DNA of 64,000 bases from Bacilli bacterium (GTDB taxonomy: Bacteria; Bacillota_I; Bacilli_A; RFN20; UBA1709). A program made the position numbers and the translations under genes. Shown piece by piece: positions 48,744 to 58,945 of the stretch. The stretch spans positions 352,001 to 416,000 of the forward strand of contig JBMNFL010000001.1 in the NCBI GenBank assembly GCA_050949315.1, given 5' to 3'. Under the pieces are notes generated by a model. That model saw nothing but the letters and a program-made list of their open reading frames with translations. It searched no databases and was not told the DNA's origin. How positions within the stretch are numbered: position 1 is the stretch's first letter; every line of letters begins with the position of its first letter.

Positions 48744-49874
48744 ATGAAGAGCTTAAAGATCGGTATCTTTACTGATAGTTTTTATCCTAGCGTTGGTGGT
48801 ACGGAAACCGTCGTGCAAAAGTTAGCCAGCCAACTTGCGAAAACTAACGAGGTTACTGTCTTTTGTCCTGCCTCAAAAAAGGCCGATGACCAAAACTTTA
48901 ACTTTAAGATAGTAAGAGCTAAGGCTACTGCCTTAAGCGAAAACGATCTTTATGCTTTACCTGGTCTTGATTCTAAGTTTAAAAAGAAACTCCAAGACAG
49001 CGATTTAGATATTATTCATTGTCATACGGTATCTAAAATGGCGGGGGTGGGTATTAAACTTGCTAAGAAAAGAAATATCCCCTGTGTTGCTACCATCCAT
49101 ACGAAATTTAAAACCTGTTACAAATCTGTCTCTCATAGTAATCTAATCGCCAATATCATGACTAAAAACCTAGTAAGACTTATCAATAAGGCTAGTCTTG
49201 TGACAACCGTCTCACATAATATGAAAGAAGAACTTGAAGGCTATGGCTATAAAAAAGAAATCAAAATCATCAATAATGGGATTGATATAGAAAAAATAAT
49301 AAACACCCAAAAAAATAAGCAAGCCTTAACTAAACCTCTTTTAATCTATGTTGGGCGGATTGAAAAATATAAAAATTTAGATTTTAGTTTAAAAGCCCTA
49401 AAAATCCTTAAGGAACAAGAAATGCCCTTTGAATTTTGGTTAGTAGGAAGAGGAAGTAAAGAAAAACATTATCAAAAACTGATAAATAAACTTGGTTTAC
49501 AAGATAGATGCTTTTTAAAAGGCTTAATGAAACAAGATGAACTAAGAAAGCTTTTTAAGCAAGCGACTTTACAACTCTTTCCTTCAACCTTTGATAGTGA
49601 TGGTTTAAGTGTTTCAGAGGCTATGGCCTATGGTACTCCATCACTCGTCCTGAAAAACACTGGAGCCAGTGAAAAAATTATTGATGGTGAAAATGGCTTT
49701 ACTGCCGAGAATGATATTAATGCATATGCTAAACGAATCAGCGAGATTTTAAGCAATGAAAATCTGCTGAATAATATTAAAAACCACAAGTTAAAAACTT
49801 GGGAAGAAATCGCTAACGAATATTTAAATCTCTACCATAATTTGCTCTCTAACAAGCTATCAACCATAGACTGA
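48744..49874 (+). CDS. GT4 (GT-B) glycosyltransferase, possibly a glycolipid synthase
   Basis: IGIFTDSFYP..GG, IIHCHT, VGRI...KN and EAMAYGTP motifs. Confidence 0.88.
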   Translation: MKSLKIGIFTDSFYPSVGGTETVVQKLASQLAKTNEVTVFCPASKKADDQNFNFKIVRAKATALSENDLYALPGLDSKFKKKLQDSDLDIIHCHTVSKMAGVGIKLAKKRNIPCVATIHTKFKTCYKSVSHSNLIANIMTKNLVRLINKASLVTTVSHNMKEELEGYGYKKEIKIINNGIDIEKIINTQKNKQALTKPLLIYVGRIEKYKNLDFSLKALKILKEQEMPFEFWLVGRGSKEKHYQKLINKLGLQDRCFLKGLMKQDELRKLFKQATLQLFPSTFDSDGLSVSEAMAYGTPSLVLKNTGASEKIIDGENGFTAENDINAYAKRISEILSNENLLNNIKNHKLKTWEEIANEYLNLYHNLLSNKLSTID

Positions 49875-49890
49875 AATTCCGATATTTTTA

Positions 49891-49919
49891 TTGAAACAGA
49901 GCCTAATCTTTGTTATAAT
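49891..49919 (+). promoter_or_regulatory. Promoter of tRNA-Cys/tRNA cluster
   Basis: TTGAAA-17-(TG)TATAAT; a second candidate TTGAAT-17-TATGAT precedes tRNA-Arg. Confidence 0.65.
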
Positions 49920-49931
49920 ATCCCTTGCCTT

Positions 49932-50005
49932 GGTTCCATAGCCAAGTGGTAAGGCAATTGACTGCAACTCAATGATCGCCAGTTCGAATCTGGTTGGAAC
50001 CTCCA
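49932..50005 (+). tRNA. tRNA-Cys(GCA)
   Basis: GGTTCCA/TGGAACC, U73; anticodon arm ATTGA-CTGCAAC-TCAAT. Confidence 0.95.
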
Positions 50006-50085
50006 TTCTTGTTGAATTAATTCAATAAATATCACACGATTATTTGTTGAATTTGGCTTGCGTCTTTGGTATGATGTTAAAGCAC

Positions 50086-50162
50086 GCGCCCATAGCTCAA
50101 CTGGATAGAGTGTTGGACTACGAATCCAAAGGTTGCGGGTTCGACTCCTGCTGGGCGCGCCA
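50086..50162 (+). tRNA. tRNA-Arg(ACG)
   Basis: GCGCCCA/TGGGCGC; TTGGA-CTACGAA-TCCAA. Confidence 0.96.
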
Positions 50163-50177
50163 ATAACTAATCTTACC

Positions 50178-50254
50178 CGGGATGTAGCACAGCTTGGTAG
50201 TGCGCTTGGTTTGGGACCAAGATGTCGCAGGTTCAAATCCTGTCATCCCGACCA
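50178..50254 (+). tRNA. tRNA-Pro(TGG)
   Basis: CGGGATG/CATCCCG; CTTGG-TTTGGGA-CCAAG. Confidence 0.96.
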
Positions 50255-50262
50255 CTCGTATT

Positions 50263-50338
50263 GGGGCTGTAGCTCACCCGGGAGAGCGTCTGCTTTGCAA
50301 GCAGAAGGTAGCGAGTTCGAGTCTCGTCAGCTCCACCA
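50263..50338 (+). tRNA. tRNA-Ala(TGC)
   Basis: G3:U70 pair; TCTGC-TTTGCAA-GCAGA. Confidence 0.96.
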
Positions 50339-50356
50339 AAAGCTTTCTAAATAAAT

Positions 50357-50433
50357 GGCGGTGTAGCTCAGTTGGCCAGAGCATTCGGTTCATACCCGGA
50401 CGGTCGTGGGTTCGACTCCCACTGCCGCCACCA
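50357..50433 (+). tRNA. Elongator tRNA-Met(CAT)
   Basis: GGCGGTG acceptor; TTCGG-TTCATAC-CCGGA. Confidence 0.9.
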
Positions 50434-50466
50434 TTACTTAGAAAATAGTTGTTTTTTGAATGAATC

Positions 50467-50542
50467 GGACCCTTAGCTCAATGGTTAGAGCTTCCGGCTC
50501 ATAACCGGCTGGTTGTAGGTTCGAGTCCTGCAGGGTCCACCA
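50467..50542 (+). tRNA. tRNA-Ile2(CAT, lysidine type)
   Basis: GGACCCT acceptor and CCGG-CTCATAA-CCGG, as in Bacillus/Mollicutes Ile2; position in the cluster agrees. Confidence 0.85.
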
Positions 50543-50556
50543 ACTTAACTTCTTTT

Positions 50557-50647
50557 GGAGGCGTACCCAAGCGGTTGAAGGGACCGGTCTTGAAAACCGG
50601 AAGTAGTGTCAAAGCTAGCAAGAGTTCGAATCTCTTCGCCTCCGCCA
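50557..50647 (+). tRNA. tRNA-Ser(TGA)
   Basis: Long variable arm; CCGGT-CTTGAAA-ACCGG; G73. Confidence 0.95.
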
Positions 50648-50673
50648 TTAGACACTAAAATTTAATTGCATAT

Positions 50674-50750
<77 letters not shown>

Positions 50751-50751
50751 T

Positions 50752-50827
50752 GGTCTTGTGGTGTAGTGGCTAACATGTCTCCCTGTCACGGAGAAGATCG
50801 CGGGTTCGATCCCCGTCAAGACCGCCA
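50752..50827 (+). tRNA. tRNA-Asp(GTC)
   Basis: GGTCTTG/CAAGACC; TCTCC-CTGTCAC-GGAGA. Confidence 0.95.
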
Positions 50828-50839
50828 TCTTTGCTTAAT

Positions 50840-50915
<76 letters not shown>

Positions 50916-50927
50916 GCAAACATAAAG

Positions 50928-51001
50928 AAAGCGTAGTAAATTACCACGCTTTTTTGTTTTTATTACTTTAAAAATAAAATCCCGATTACTTATCGGGATT
51001 T
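50928..51001. terminator. Terminators of the tRNA cluster (+) and galE (-)
   Basis: AAAGCGT...ACGCTTT plus T-run; AAATCCCGAT-TACTT-ATCGGGATTT. Confidence 0.75.
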
Positions 51002-51005
51002 ATAC

Positions 51006-52022
51006 TTATTCATAACCTTTAGGATTCTTCTTTTGCCAGTTCCAAGCATCTCTTACCATATCTTTGATATTATAACGGGCTTGCCAGCCTAAGAGTTTAT
51101 TAGCCTTACTAGCATCAGCATAGCAGGTGGCAATATCACCCGGCCTTCTTTCAGTTATAACATAAGGAATCTTAACTTTATTTTCTTCTTCAAAGGCTTT
51201 AACTATCTCTAAAACAGAATAGCCTCTACCCGTTCCTAGATTAAAAACATCTAAACCAGGGTGCTTGATAACATAGTCAAGTGCTTTTAAGTGACCATCT
51301 GCCAAATCAACTACATGAATGTAATCTCTAACTCCTGTCCCATCCTTAGTTGGATAATCATTACCATAGACATTTAAAAATGGGCGTAAGCCAACGGCAA
51401 CTTGACTGATATAGGGCATAAGGTTATTAGGAATACCATTAGGATCTTCACCAATAAGACCACTCTTATGAGCACCTACTGGATTAAAGTAACGGAGCAA
51501 GATGGCATGGAAATTAGGATGGGCAGTGCAATAATCAGTGATTATCTGTTCAATCATTAACTTAGTCCATCCATAAGGATTAGAACAAGGGCCAACTTGA
51601 GAGGTCTCAAAAAGCGGTAAAACTTCAGCCTTACCATAAACAGTGGCACTAGAACTGAAAATCAGATTATTAACTTTATGTTCTTCCATTACTTCTAATA
51701 GAGTAATTAAAGAATCCAAGTTATTACGATAATATTTTAAGGGTTTTTCTACCGATTCACCAACCGCCTTAAAACCCGCAAAATGGACTACTGCTTTAAT
51801 GTTTTCCTCTTTAAAAAACAAGTTGTCCAATTGCTTTTTATCCTTGACATCAATTTGATAAAACTTGAAATCCTTATTGCTAATTTGTTTTAAGCGCTCT
51901 AAAACTATGGGCTTGCTATTAGACAAATCATCAGCAATAACAACTTCATAATTACTGGCAAGGAAAGCTAAGGCTGTATGAGAACCAATATAGCCCGCGC
52001 CACCCGTTAATAAAACTTTCAT
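51006..52022 (-). CDS. galE: UDP-glucose 4-epimerase
   Basis: TGGAGYIGSH, FSSSATVYG, YGWTK and LRYFNPVGAH motifs. Confidence 0.97.
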   Translation of the reverse strand: MKVLLTGGAGYIGSHTALAFLASNYEVVIADDLSNSKPIVLERLKQISNKDFKFYQIDVKDKKQLDNLFFKEENIKAVVHFAGFKAVGESVEKPLKYYRNNLDSLITLLEVMEEHKVNNLIFSSSATVYGKAEVLPLFETSQVGPCSNPYGWTKLMIEQIITDYCTAHPNFHAILLRYFNPVGAHKSGLIGEDPNGIPNNLMPYISQVAVGLRPFLNVYGNDYPTKDGTGVRDYIHVVDLADGHLKALDYVIKHPGLDVFNLGTGRGYSVLEIVKAFEEENKVKIPYVITERRPGDIATCYADASKANKLLGWQARYNIKDMVRDAWNWQKKNPKGYE

Positions 52023-52120
52023 AATTTTCGACCTCCATTACGTTAATAATTATATTCAAAAAACTAGTTAGTGAATTAAAGGAAGTTTCATAATTTCCTT
52101 ATTAATAATTTAATATTTTT

Positions 52121-53485
52121 CTACTCAATTTCATAACCTTTCCTTTTAATAAGATTAACAACTTGATTGCAGTATTTATTGCATTCTTTTTGTGTTTCGG
52201 CTTCAACCATAACACGAATCAATGGCTCAGTACCTGATCCACGGACCAAAATACGTCCAGTTGTTCCTAAAGCCTCTTCTACTTTTTTAATTGAATTTTT
52301 AACATCCTCATCATTTAAGACCGTGGCTTTATCTTGAACTTTAACGTTGATTAAAGTTTGGGGATAAATCTTAAATTGAGAAGTTAAAATAGATAATGTT
52401 GTTTTCTTAGCTAACATTACTTCCATTAACTTTAACGAGGTTAAAATCCCATCACCTGTCGTGGCGTATTTTGGGAAAATAATATGACCTGATTGCTCAC
52501 CACCAAAAGAATCGTGGTGTTTTTTAATGTGTTCATAGACATTTTTATCACCAACTGGCACTTTGACATACTTAATCCCTAATTCATCAAAAGACTTATA
52601 TAAGCCCAAATTAGACATTATGGTTGTCACAACCGTATCATTTGCTAAGGCATTTTTCTCTTTCATATGACGAGCACAAATATACATTATATGATCGCCT
52701 GTTAAGATTTGACCATTTTCATCAACCGCTAAACAGCGATCAGCATCACCATCGTAAGCAAAGCCGACATCTAACTTATTGTCAATTACAAGTTTCTGTA
52801 AACTTTCAAGATGGGTTGAGCCTGAATTAAGATTGATATTATAACCATTAGGCTGGGCATTAATAAGATAAGTTGAGGCCCCAAAAGCATCAAAGACATT
52901 TTTAGCGATAGCCCAAGCACTACCATTTGCACAATCAAGACCTACCCTAATTCCTTTAAAGGAATATAAACCGATAGAAATAAGATATGCAGTATAGCGA
53001 TTACGACCGGCTACATAATCTATAACCGCCCCTAAATCGGCTCTAGTTGCTAAAGGTATTTCAAATTTGCCATCCAAATATTCCTCAATCTTTAAGATGA
53101 CTTTTTCTTCCATCTTTTCACCTTTACGATTAACAAGTTTAATACCATTATCATAATAGGGATTATGAGAAGCCGAAATCATAATACCACAATCAAAATC
53201 ATCAACTCTTGTTATATAACAAATAGAAGGTGTGGTAGTTACGTGCATGATATAAACATCAGCGCCACTAGAAACTATACCAGCCGCTAAGGAGTTCTCT
53301 ATCATGTAACTTGAACGACGAGTATCTTTACCAATAACAATCTTGGCCGATTCAGCACTTCCTGCTTGTTGTTTCAGCCCTTTATAATACCAACCAAGAA
53401 AACGACCAATTCTAAAAGCATCGTTTGCCTTTAGATCAACATTGACTTCACCTCGAAAACCATCAGTACCGAAATATTTTTTCAT
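52121..53485 (-). CDS. glmM: Phosphoglucosamine mutase
   Basis: YFGTDG.RG, ISASHNP, DGDADR, GGEQSGH and SGTEP motifs. Confidence 0.93.
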   Translation of the reverse strand: MKKYFGTDGFRGEVNVDLKANDAFRIGRFLGWYYKGLKQQAGSAESAKIVIGKDTRRSSYMIENSLAAGIVSSGADVYIMHVTTTPSICYITRVDDFDCGIMISASHNPYYDNGIKLVNRKGEKMEEKVILKIEEYLDGKFEIPLATRADLGAVIDYVAGRNRYTAYLISIGLYSFKGIRVGLDCANGSAWAIAKNVFDAFGASTYLINAQPNGYNINLNSGSTHLESLQKLVIDNKLDVGFAYDGDADRCLAVDENGQILTGDHIMYICARHMKEKNALANDTVVTTIMSNLGLYKSFDELGIKYVKVPVGDKNVYEHIKKHHDSFGGEQSGHIIFPKYATTGDGILTSLKLMEVMLAKKTTLSILTSQFKIYPQTLINVKVQDKATVLNDEDVKNSIKKVEEALGTTGRILVRGSGTEPLIRVMVEAETQKECNKYCNQVVNLIKRKGYEIE

Positions 53486-53496
53486 AAAATTCACTC

Positions 53497-54222
53497 CTAT
53501 TTTATTAATTCTGCCGCTTCTTCATCTAAAACAACAATACAATTAGGATGTCTTTGTAAGATAGATGCTGGACAGTTTTCACTAACTGGTCCTTTTAACA
53601 TATCATAAACAGCCTGCGCTTTGTTTTTACCACTAGCTAATAATAATATTTTCTTGGCTCGCATAATGTTTTTTGGTCCTTGTGTATATGCTTTTGTTGG
53701 AACCTCACTAATATCCTTAAACAAACGGGAATTGTCTTTAATCGTGGAAGCAGTAAGAGTGGCAACATGGGTTTCGGCTTCAAAAGAAGTCCCAGGCTCA
53801 TTAAAAGCAATATGCCCATCGCTTCCTATTCCTAGTAATTGAATATCGGGAACATTTTCTTTTAAAATCTCATTATAACGTTGACATTCTTCTTTGGGAT
53901 CTAAAGCCTTACCATTTTCAATATGGGTATTCTTTAAGTCAATATCAAGATAATCAAATAAATTAACTCGCATAAAATAAGCATAAGATTGATCATTAGA
54001 ATAATCTAGGCCTAGATACTCATCTAGGTTAACTGTTCTTACCTTTTTATATGAAGTTTTATTTTCTTGATGATCTTTAATTAACTCTTGATATAGACCC
54101 AAAGGTGTGGTTCCAGTAGCTAAACCTAAACAAGCATTAGGCTTATTTTTGATAACATCGATCATAATCTTAAATGCTTCTTTACTAAGTTCGTCATAAT
54201 TTTTTGTGATTATAACTTTCAC
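53497..54222 (-). CDS. nagB: Glucosamine-6-phosphate deaminase
   Basis: LGLATGTTP, NLDEY and GIG.DGHIAFNEPG motifs. Confidence 0.96.
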   Translation of the reverse strand: MKVIITKNYDELSKEAFKIMIDVIKNKPNACLGLATGTTPLGLYQELIKDHQENKTSYKKVRTVNLDEYLGLDYSNDQSYAYFMRVNLFDYLDIDLKNTHIENGKALDPKEECQRYNEILKENVPDIQLLGIGSDGHIAFNEPGTSFEAETHVATLTASTIKDNSRLFKDISEVPTKAYTQGPKNIMRAKKILLLASGKNKAQAVYDMLKGPVSENCPASILQRHPNCIVVLDEEAAELIK

Positions 54223-54227
54223 CCTAA

Positions 54228-54896
54228 CTACCTCTTTTTAACAATCTCTTTAGCACTCTTATAAATGCTGTTGTTTTCAATAACACCTCGAACATTAGAT
54301 AAAGGGTAGATTGTACAATTCCTACCAATAATTGTGCCTGGATTTAACACGGTATTACAACCAATCTCTGTGTTGTCACCAATTAAAGCACCAAACTTTC
54401 TAAGCCCAGTATTTATATTTTGTTTTCCATCATGCACAAATACTGTTGTTTTATCAGATTTAATATTAGAAGTTATTGCTCCAGCACCTAAATGCACCCT
54501 ATAACCGAGAATACTATCACCGACATAATTATAATGAGGCACATGTACTTCATCAAAAAGAATGGAATTTTTAAGTTCTGCACTATTACCAACTACACAA
54601 TCGTTACCAACTATAACACTGCCACGAATAAAGGCCCCGTGTCGAACTTCGCTTCTTTCTCCAATAATACATGGACCAGTTAAATACGCACTATCAAAAA
54701 TTTTAGCACTCTTATGTACCCAGACATTTTCATTAACTTCTAAATACTCTTCTTTTGGTAAACTTTCTCCCAACTGAATTATCATTCTTTTGATTCCACC
54801 TAGTGCCTCCCAAGGATATTTAAAAGCACTTAGATAATTGCCTGCCATAGAATGAATAAAATTATATAGATTTTTAGTTTGACTGTCTAAAGTCAC
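54228..54896 (-). CDS. Stand-alone GlmU-like left-handed beta-helix acetyltransferase
   Basis: Hexapeptide repeats, PHYNYVGDSILG and GAGAITSN motifs; no N-terminal uridyltransferase domain. Confidence 0.8.
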   Translation of the reverse strand: MTLDSQTKNLYNFIHSMAGNYLSAFKYPWEALGGIKRMIIQLGESLPKEEYLEVNENVWVHKSAKIFDSAYLTGPCIIGERSEVRHGAFIRGSVIVGNDCVVGNSAELKNSILFDEVHVPHYNYVGDSILGYRVHLGAGAITSNIKSDKTTVFVHDGKQNINTGLRKFGALIGDNTEIGCNTVLNPGTIIGRNCTIYPLSNVRGVIENNSIYKSAKEIVKKR

Positions 54897-55024
54897 TTTA
54901 TAAAACCTCCTTGCGAAAATTGAAATTAAATAGTGTTAACTTTGTTAGAATAAAATGATGGCATAGTGATTTGTTTTTTTATTAAACCGAAACGATTATA
55001 TAATTTCTTTCATTTTGTATGTAA

Positions 55025-56047
55025 TTACACTTTGTAATATTTCTTGTACCATCTAGCAAAACTTCTTAATCCTTCTCTAAGTGATGTTTTTGGTTTGAAT
55101 TTAAAATCTCTTTCTAAATCACTTATATCAGCGTATGTAATTGGAACATCACCCTTTTGCATAGGGACTAATTTCTTATGTGCTTCAAAATCATAATCAA
55201 TAGGTAAGACCCCTTCAGACACTAACTCTTCTGATAATATTTGTACAAAATCTAACAGATTTTCTGGATTGTTATTTCCAATGTTATAAATTTTGTACGG
55301 AGCATCTGGTAACCCATCTTCTCCCACTTTCTTTTCAGGCGCTCTATTCATCACTCTAATCACACCTTCAATAGCATCATCTATATATGTAAAATCACGT
55401 TTGCAATTACCATAATTAAAAATCTCAATCGTGTTACCCTTGATAAGTTTATTAGTAAATGAGAAATATGCCATATCGGGTCTTCCCATCGGCCCATAAA
55501 CCGTAAAGAACCTAAGGCCTGTGGTTGGAATATCATACAACTTACTATATGCATACGCTAATAATTCGTTTGATTTCTTCGTGGCCGCATACAAACTTAC
55601 TGGATTATCTACTTTATCACCTGTGCTGAATGGTATTTTTGTATTACCACCATAAACAGATGAACTTGATGCATACACTAAATGTTTAACTGGATGATGT
55701 CTACAAGCCTCAAGAATGTTGTAAAATCCAATGATATTTGATTGGATATATGCATCTGGATGATCAATGGAATATCTCACCCCTGCTTGAGCGGCTAAAT
55801 TTACCACAATATCAATTTCATTTTCGGCAAATAATTTATTTATAAATGCTTTATCAGATATATCACCCTTAATAAATCTAAAATTAGCAAAAGGAGACAA
55901 CATCTTAAGTCTTTCTTCCTTTAGTGAGACTTCGTAATATTCATTAAGGTTATCTACACCGATAATTGTATCATTAGTTGTCCTTAATAATTTATCACAA
56001 AGAAAAGCACCGATAAAACCAGCTGAGCCCGTAATTAATATCTTCAT
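55025..56047 (-). CDS. UDP-glucuronate 4-epimerase (CapI/WbnF type)
   Basis: TGSAGFIG, NLAAQAGVRYS, PVSLYAATKK and RFFTVYGP.GRPDMA motifs. Confidence 0.92.
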   Translation of the reverse strand: MKILITGSAGFIGAFLCDKLLRTTNDTIIGVDNLNEYYEVSLKEERLKMLSPFANFRFIKGDISDKAFINKLFAENEIDIVVNLAAQAGVRYSIDHPDAYIQSNIIGFYNILEACRHHPVKHLVYASSSSVYGGNTKIPFSTGDKVDNPVSLYAATKKSNELLAYAYSKLYDIPTTGLRFFTVYGPMGRPDMAYFSFTNKLIKGNTIEIFNYGNCKRDFTYIDDAIEGVIRVMNRAPEKKVGEDGLPDAPYKIYNIGNNNPENLLDFVQILSEELVSEGVLPIDYDFEAHKKLVPMQKGDVPITYADISDLERDFKFKPKTSLREGLRSFARWYKKYYKV

Positions 56048-56049
56048 AA

Positions 56050-57282
56050 CTAATCCCTCTTAAAAATATCCCTTGTATATACTTTATCTTTAACGTCATC
56101 TAAGCAAGAAGCATATCTATTAGCTATAATCGCATGCGACATCTTTTTGAATCTCTTCAGGTCGTTCACCACTTCAGAGCCGAAAAAAAGTTCACCGTCG
56201 TTCAAAGTGGGTTCATAGATTATTACTTTGGCACCTTTAGCTTTAATACGCTTCATTACACCTTGGATAGATGATTGACGGAAATTATCACTGTTAGATT
56301 TCATTGTGAGTCTGTAAACTCCAATAACAACTTCCTTTTCTTTTTGTTTATCCCAAGATGAACTAGCCGTATAATAGTCAACCATTTGCAATACTCTATC
56401 AGCAATAAAGTCTTTCCTTGTCCTATTACTTTCTACAATAGCGCTAATTAAATTTTCTGGAACATCATCAAAGTTTGCTCGTAATTGCTTGGTGTCTTTT
56501 GGTAAGCAATATCCACCATATCCAAACGATGGATTGTTGTAATGTGTACCAATTCTTGGATCTAAACAAACCCCATCAATAATTGACTTGGTGTCTAAAC
56601 CTTTACTTTCTGCATATGAATCCAATTCATTGAAATATGCAACACGTAAAGCGAGATAAGTATTAGCAAATAGTTTTACTGCTTCTGCTTCGGTAAGTCC
56701 CATTGTAAGCACAGAGATGTCTTTTTTAATAGCGCCATTGGCAAGCAAATTAGCAAATTTCTCCGCTTTTGCTTTTTCATTCGTCTCACAGCCAACAATT
56801 ATTCTTGATGGATATAAGTTGTCCTCTAAAGCTTTTGACTCTCTTAAGAATTCTGGGGAGAAAAGAATGTTATTAGTTTTATACTTGGCTCTTACGCTTT
56901 TTGTATAACCTACTGGAACAGTAGACTTAATAATCATTGTTGCATTAGGGTTTACTTTTAAAACAAACTCAATAACTTGCTCAACATAAGTCGTATCAAA
57001 AAAATTCTTCACTGGGTCATAATTAGTTGGTGTAGCTATTACTACAAATTCAGCGTCTTTATAAGCTACTTCCCCATCAAGTGTAGCAACTAAATTCAAT
57101 TCTTTTTCTTTAAAATACTTTTCAATATAGTCATCCTGAATCGGTGAGATACGTGCATTAACTTTATCTACTTTATCGGAAACAACATCAACTAGTTTTA
57201 CATCGTTGTTTTGTGCAAGAAGGGTTGCAATAGATAAGCCAACATATCCCGCGCCCGCTACTGCTATTTTATATTGTTTCAT
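56050..57282 (-). CDS. ugd: UDP-glucose 6-dehydrogenase
   Basis: [25 protein letters not shown] and [10 protein letters not shown] motifs. Confidence 0.96.
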   Translation of the reverse strand: MKQYKIAVAGAGYVGLSIATLLAQNNDVKLVDVVSDKVDKVNARISPIQDDYIEKYFKEKELNLVATLDGEVAYKDAEFVVIATPTNYDPVKNFFDTTYVEQVIEFVLKVNPNATMIIKSTVPVGYTKSVRAKYKTNNILFSPEFLRESKALEDNLYPSRIIVGCETNEKAKAEKFANLLANGAIKKDISVLTMGLTEAEAVKLFANTYLALRVAYFNELDSYAESKGLDTKSIIDGVCLDPRIGTHYNNPSFGYGGYCLPKDTKQLRANFDDVPENLISAIVESNRTRKDFIADRVLQMVDYYTASSSWDKQKEKEVVIGVYRLTMKSNSDNFRQSSIQGVMKRIKAKGAKVIIYEPTLNDGELFFGSEVVNDLKRFKKMSHAIIANRYASCLDDVKDKVYTRDIFKRD

Positions 57283-57461
57283 AATTACCTACTCTCCTTT
57301 CGGTGCATTATCTGTCTCCATATATTTTTTTGTAATATTTCTAGTGTCAGCGCCTGTGCTCCGCTCACTGGTGTGTTTTTTTCTAGTTATTTGGGTGCAA
57401 CAATTTCAAAATAGCTACGCTGAATTCTTAACTACAGCCACCGCAAGAGGAATTTAAAAAA

Positions 57462-58049
57462 CTATTTACCATGGCCTAACAACTTCTTATATTCTTTAAG
57501 ACTCATTAAATTAGAATCTTTGCTGCTAATAATAAGATTCTTTTCCCCACCTATTTTTTCAAATGGCCATTGAATATTGATGTCTTTATCGTTATACATA
57601 ATGCCAGAATCACCTTCTCCATAGAAAACTTCAGCACATTTATAACTCACTATGGAATCTTCAAGAACTAAATACCCGTGACCAAAAAAAGGCGGAACGA
57701 GTATTTCGTTCATATTCTCGCCAGTCAAATCAAAACCTAGCCACTTCCCAAATGTTGGTGAATTTGGCCTTAAATCAACTATCACATCATAAACATGCCC
57801 ACTGACACATCTGACCAATTTGGCTTGTTGCTTAACTAATTGAAAATGAATAGCACGTATAACACCTTTTTTCGAGATTGTATAAAAAATCTCTTTCAAC
57901 TCGTGTTCTATTCCGTTTGCCTTAAAAGTGTCGACATTGTAGTCTTTTATAAAACCACCGCGATCATCAGAAGCGTAAAATGGCTTGATTAAGAAAGCAC
58001 CTTTTAATTCTAATTCCTTGAATTCAAATTTTTGAACCATTTGCATCAC
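57462..58049 (-). CDS. RmlC-like NDP-4-keto-6-deoxyhexose epimerase
   Basis: DDRG.F, RAIHFQ...QAKLVRC..G.VYDV.VDLR and GHG motifs. Confidence 0.88.
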   Translation of the reverse strand: MMQMVQKFEFKELELKGAFLIKPFYASDDRGGFIKDYNVDTFKANGIEHELKEIFYTISKKGVIRAIHFQLVKQQAKLVRCVSGHVYDVIVDLRPNSPTFGKWLGFDLTGENMNEILVPPFFGHGYLVLEDSIVSYKCAEVFYGEGDSGIMYNDKDINIQWPFEKIGGEKNLIISSKDSNLMSLKEYKKLLGHGK

Positions 58050-58051
58050 CT

Positions 58052-58945
58052 CTAATAATTTTGAATAGTAAAATGTATTAATTCATCAAAAGAGCCCGAT
58101 ATATAGTTTCCAATATCGTTAACTAGGTTGGTATTATCCAACATATTGAACGAATATTTTATGCCATCATCTTCTTTTTCACCAATTTTTATCAGTTCTG
58201 GTTTTCCAAAAACATAACCAACTTTAATTAAATAGTCAGCAAGAATCATTGGCGTACCAGATCCAATAAAATAAAAGTTTTGTTTTGTTTCTTTTATTCC
58301 GAGTCTATAAACCGCTTCAATCAAGTCATCAACGAAAATAAAATCATATGGCTGTCGTGCTGGCCCAAATGATGCCGTTTCATTTTTTTGAAGTTGACTT
58401 ATAGTATAACTAATTAAATTTCCTGTTTTATTGTTTGGGCCATAAATGTTTGAAAATTGCATCCAAATAAAATTTAATCCAACATTTTTACAATATGTTT
58501 CTAACAAAAGATGAGTAGCATGCTTTGCAGAGCCATAAAACATTCCTGGTCCCGCTTTTTTAAGATTAGGAAGACTCTCAATGTTCCTTTCTGCTATCGT
58601 ACCAGCGCACAAAAACTTCTTACAATCTAATTTTTTTGCGACTTTTGCACACAATAGAGCCATTTTAATATTTTGAAGTTGTACATCAATGTTGCCTTTA
58701 TCAGGACCATTTACACCAACCCAAGCAAAGTGATAAAAGAATTCATAATCGCGATTATTCATTTCTTGGGCTAGTTCTTGAATATTTTCTATAGATACTT
58801 CTTTCTTAAAAATCAAATCGCTTTTGGGCAGTTTTGAATTAGCGAAGGATATATCAATAGCCAAAACTTCAATATTATTTGCGATTAGTTTTTTAATTAG
58901 ACTTGAACCAACAAATCCATTCGCACCAGTAACTATTGCCTTCAT
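58052..58945 (-). CDS. NAD-dependent sugar-nucleotide reductase/epimerase (extended SDR)
   Basis: TGANGFVG, YGSAK and IYGP motifs. Confidence 0.85.
   Translation of the reverse strand: MKAIVTGANGFVGSSLIKKLIANNIEVLAIDISFANSKLPKSDLIFKKEVSIENIQELAQEMNNRDYEFFYHFAWVGVNGPDKGNIDVQLQNIKMALLCAKVAKKLDCKKFLCAGTIAERNIESLPNLKKAGPGMFYGSAKHATHLLLETYCKNVGLNFIWMQFSNIYGPNNKTGNLISYTISQLQKNETASFGPARQPYDFIFVDDLIEAVYRLGIKETKQNFYFIGSGTPMILADYLIKVGYVFGKPELIKIGEKEDDGIKYSFNMLDNTNLVNDIGNYISGSFDELIHFTIQNY

Noticed and set aside
49913-50448. Three short ORFs (107, 73 and 84 aa)
   Set aside because: They overlap tRNA genes.
57283-57461. Relatively GC-rich 180-bp gap before ugd as an ncRNA or gene remnant
   Set aside because: Only weak pairing and a short open frame without a convincing start or recognisable homology.
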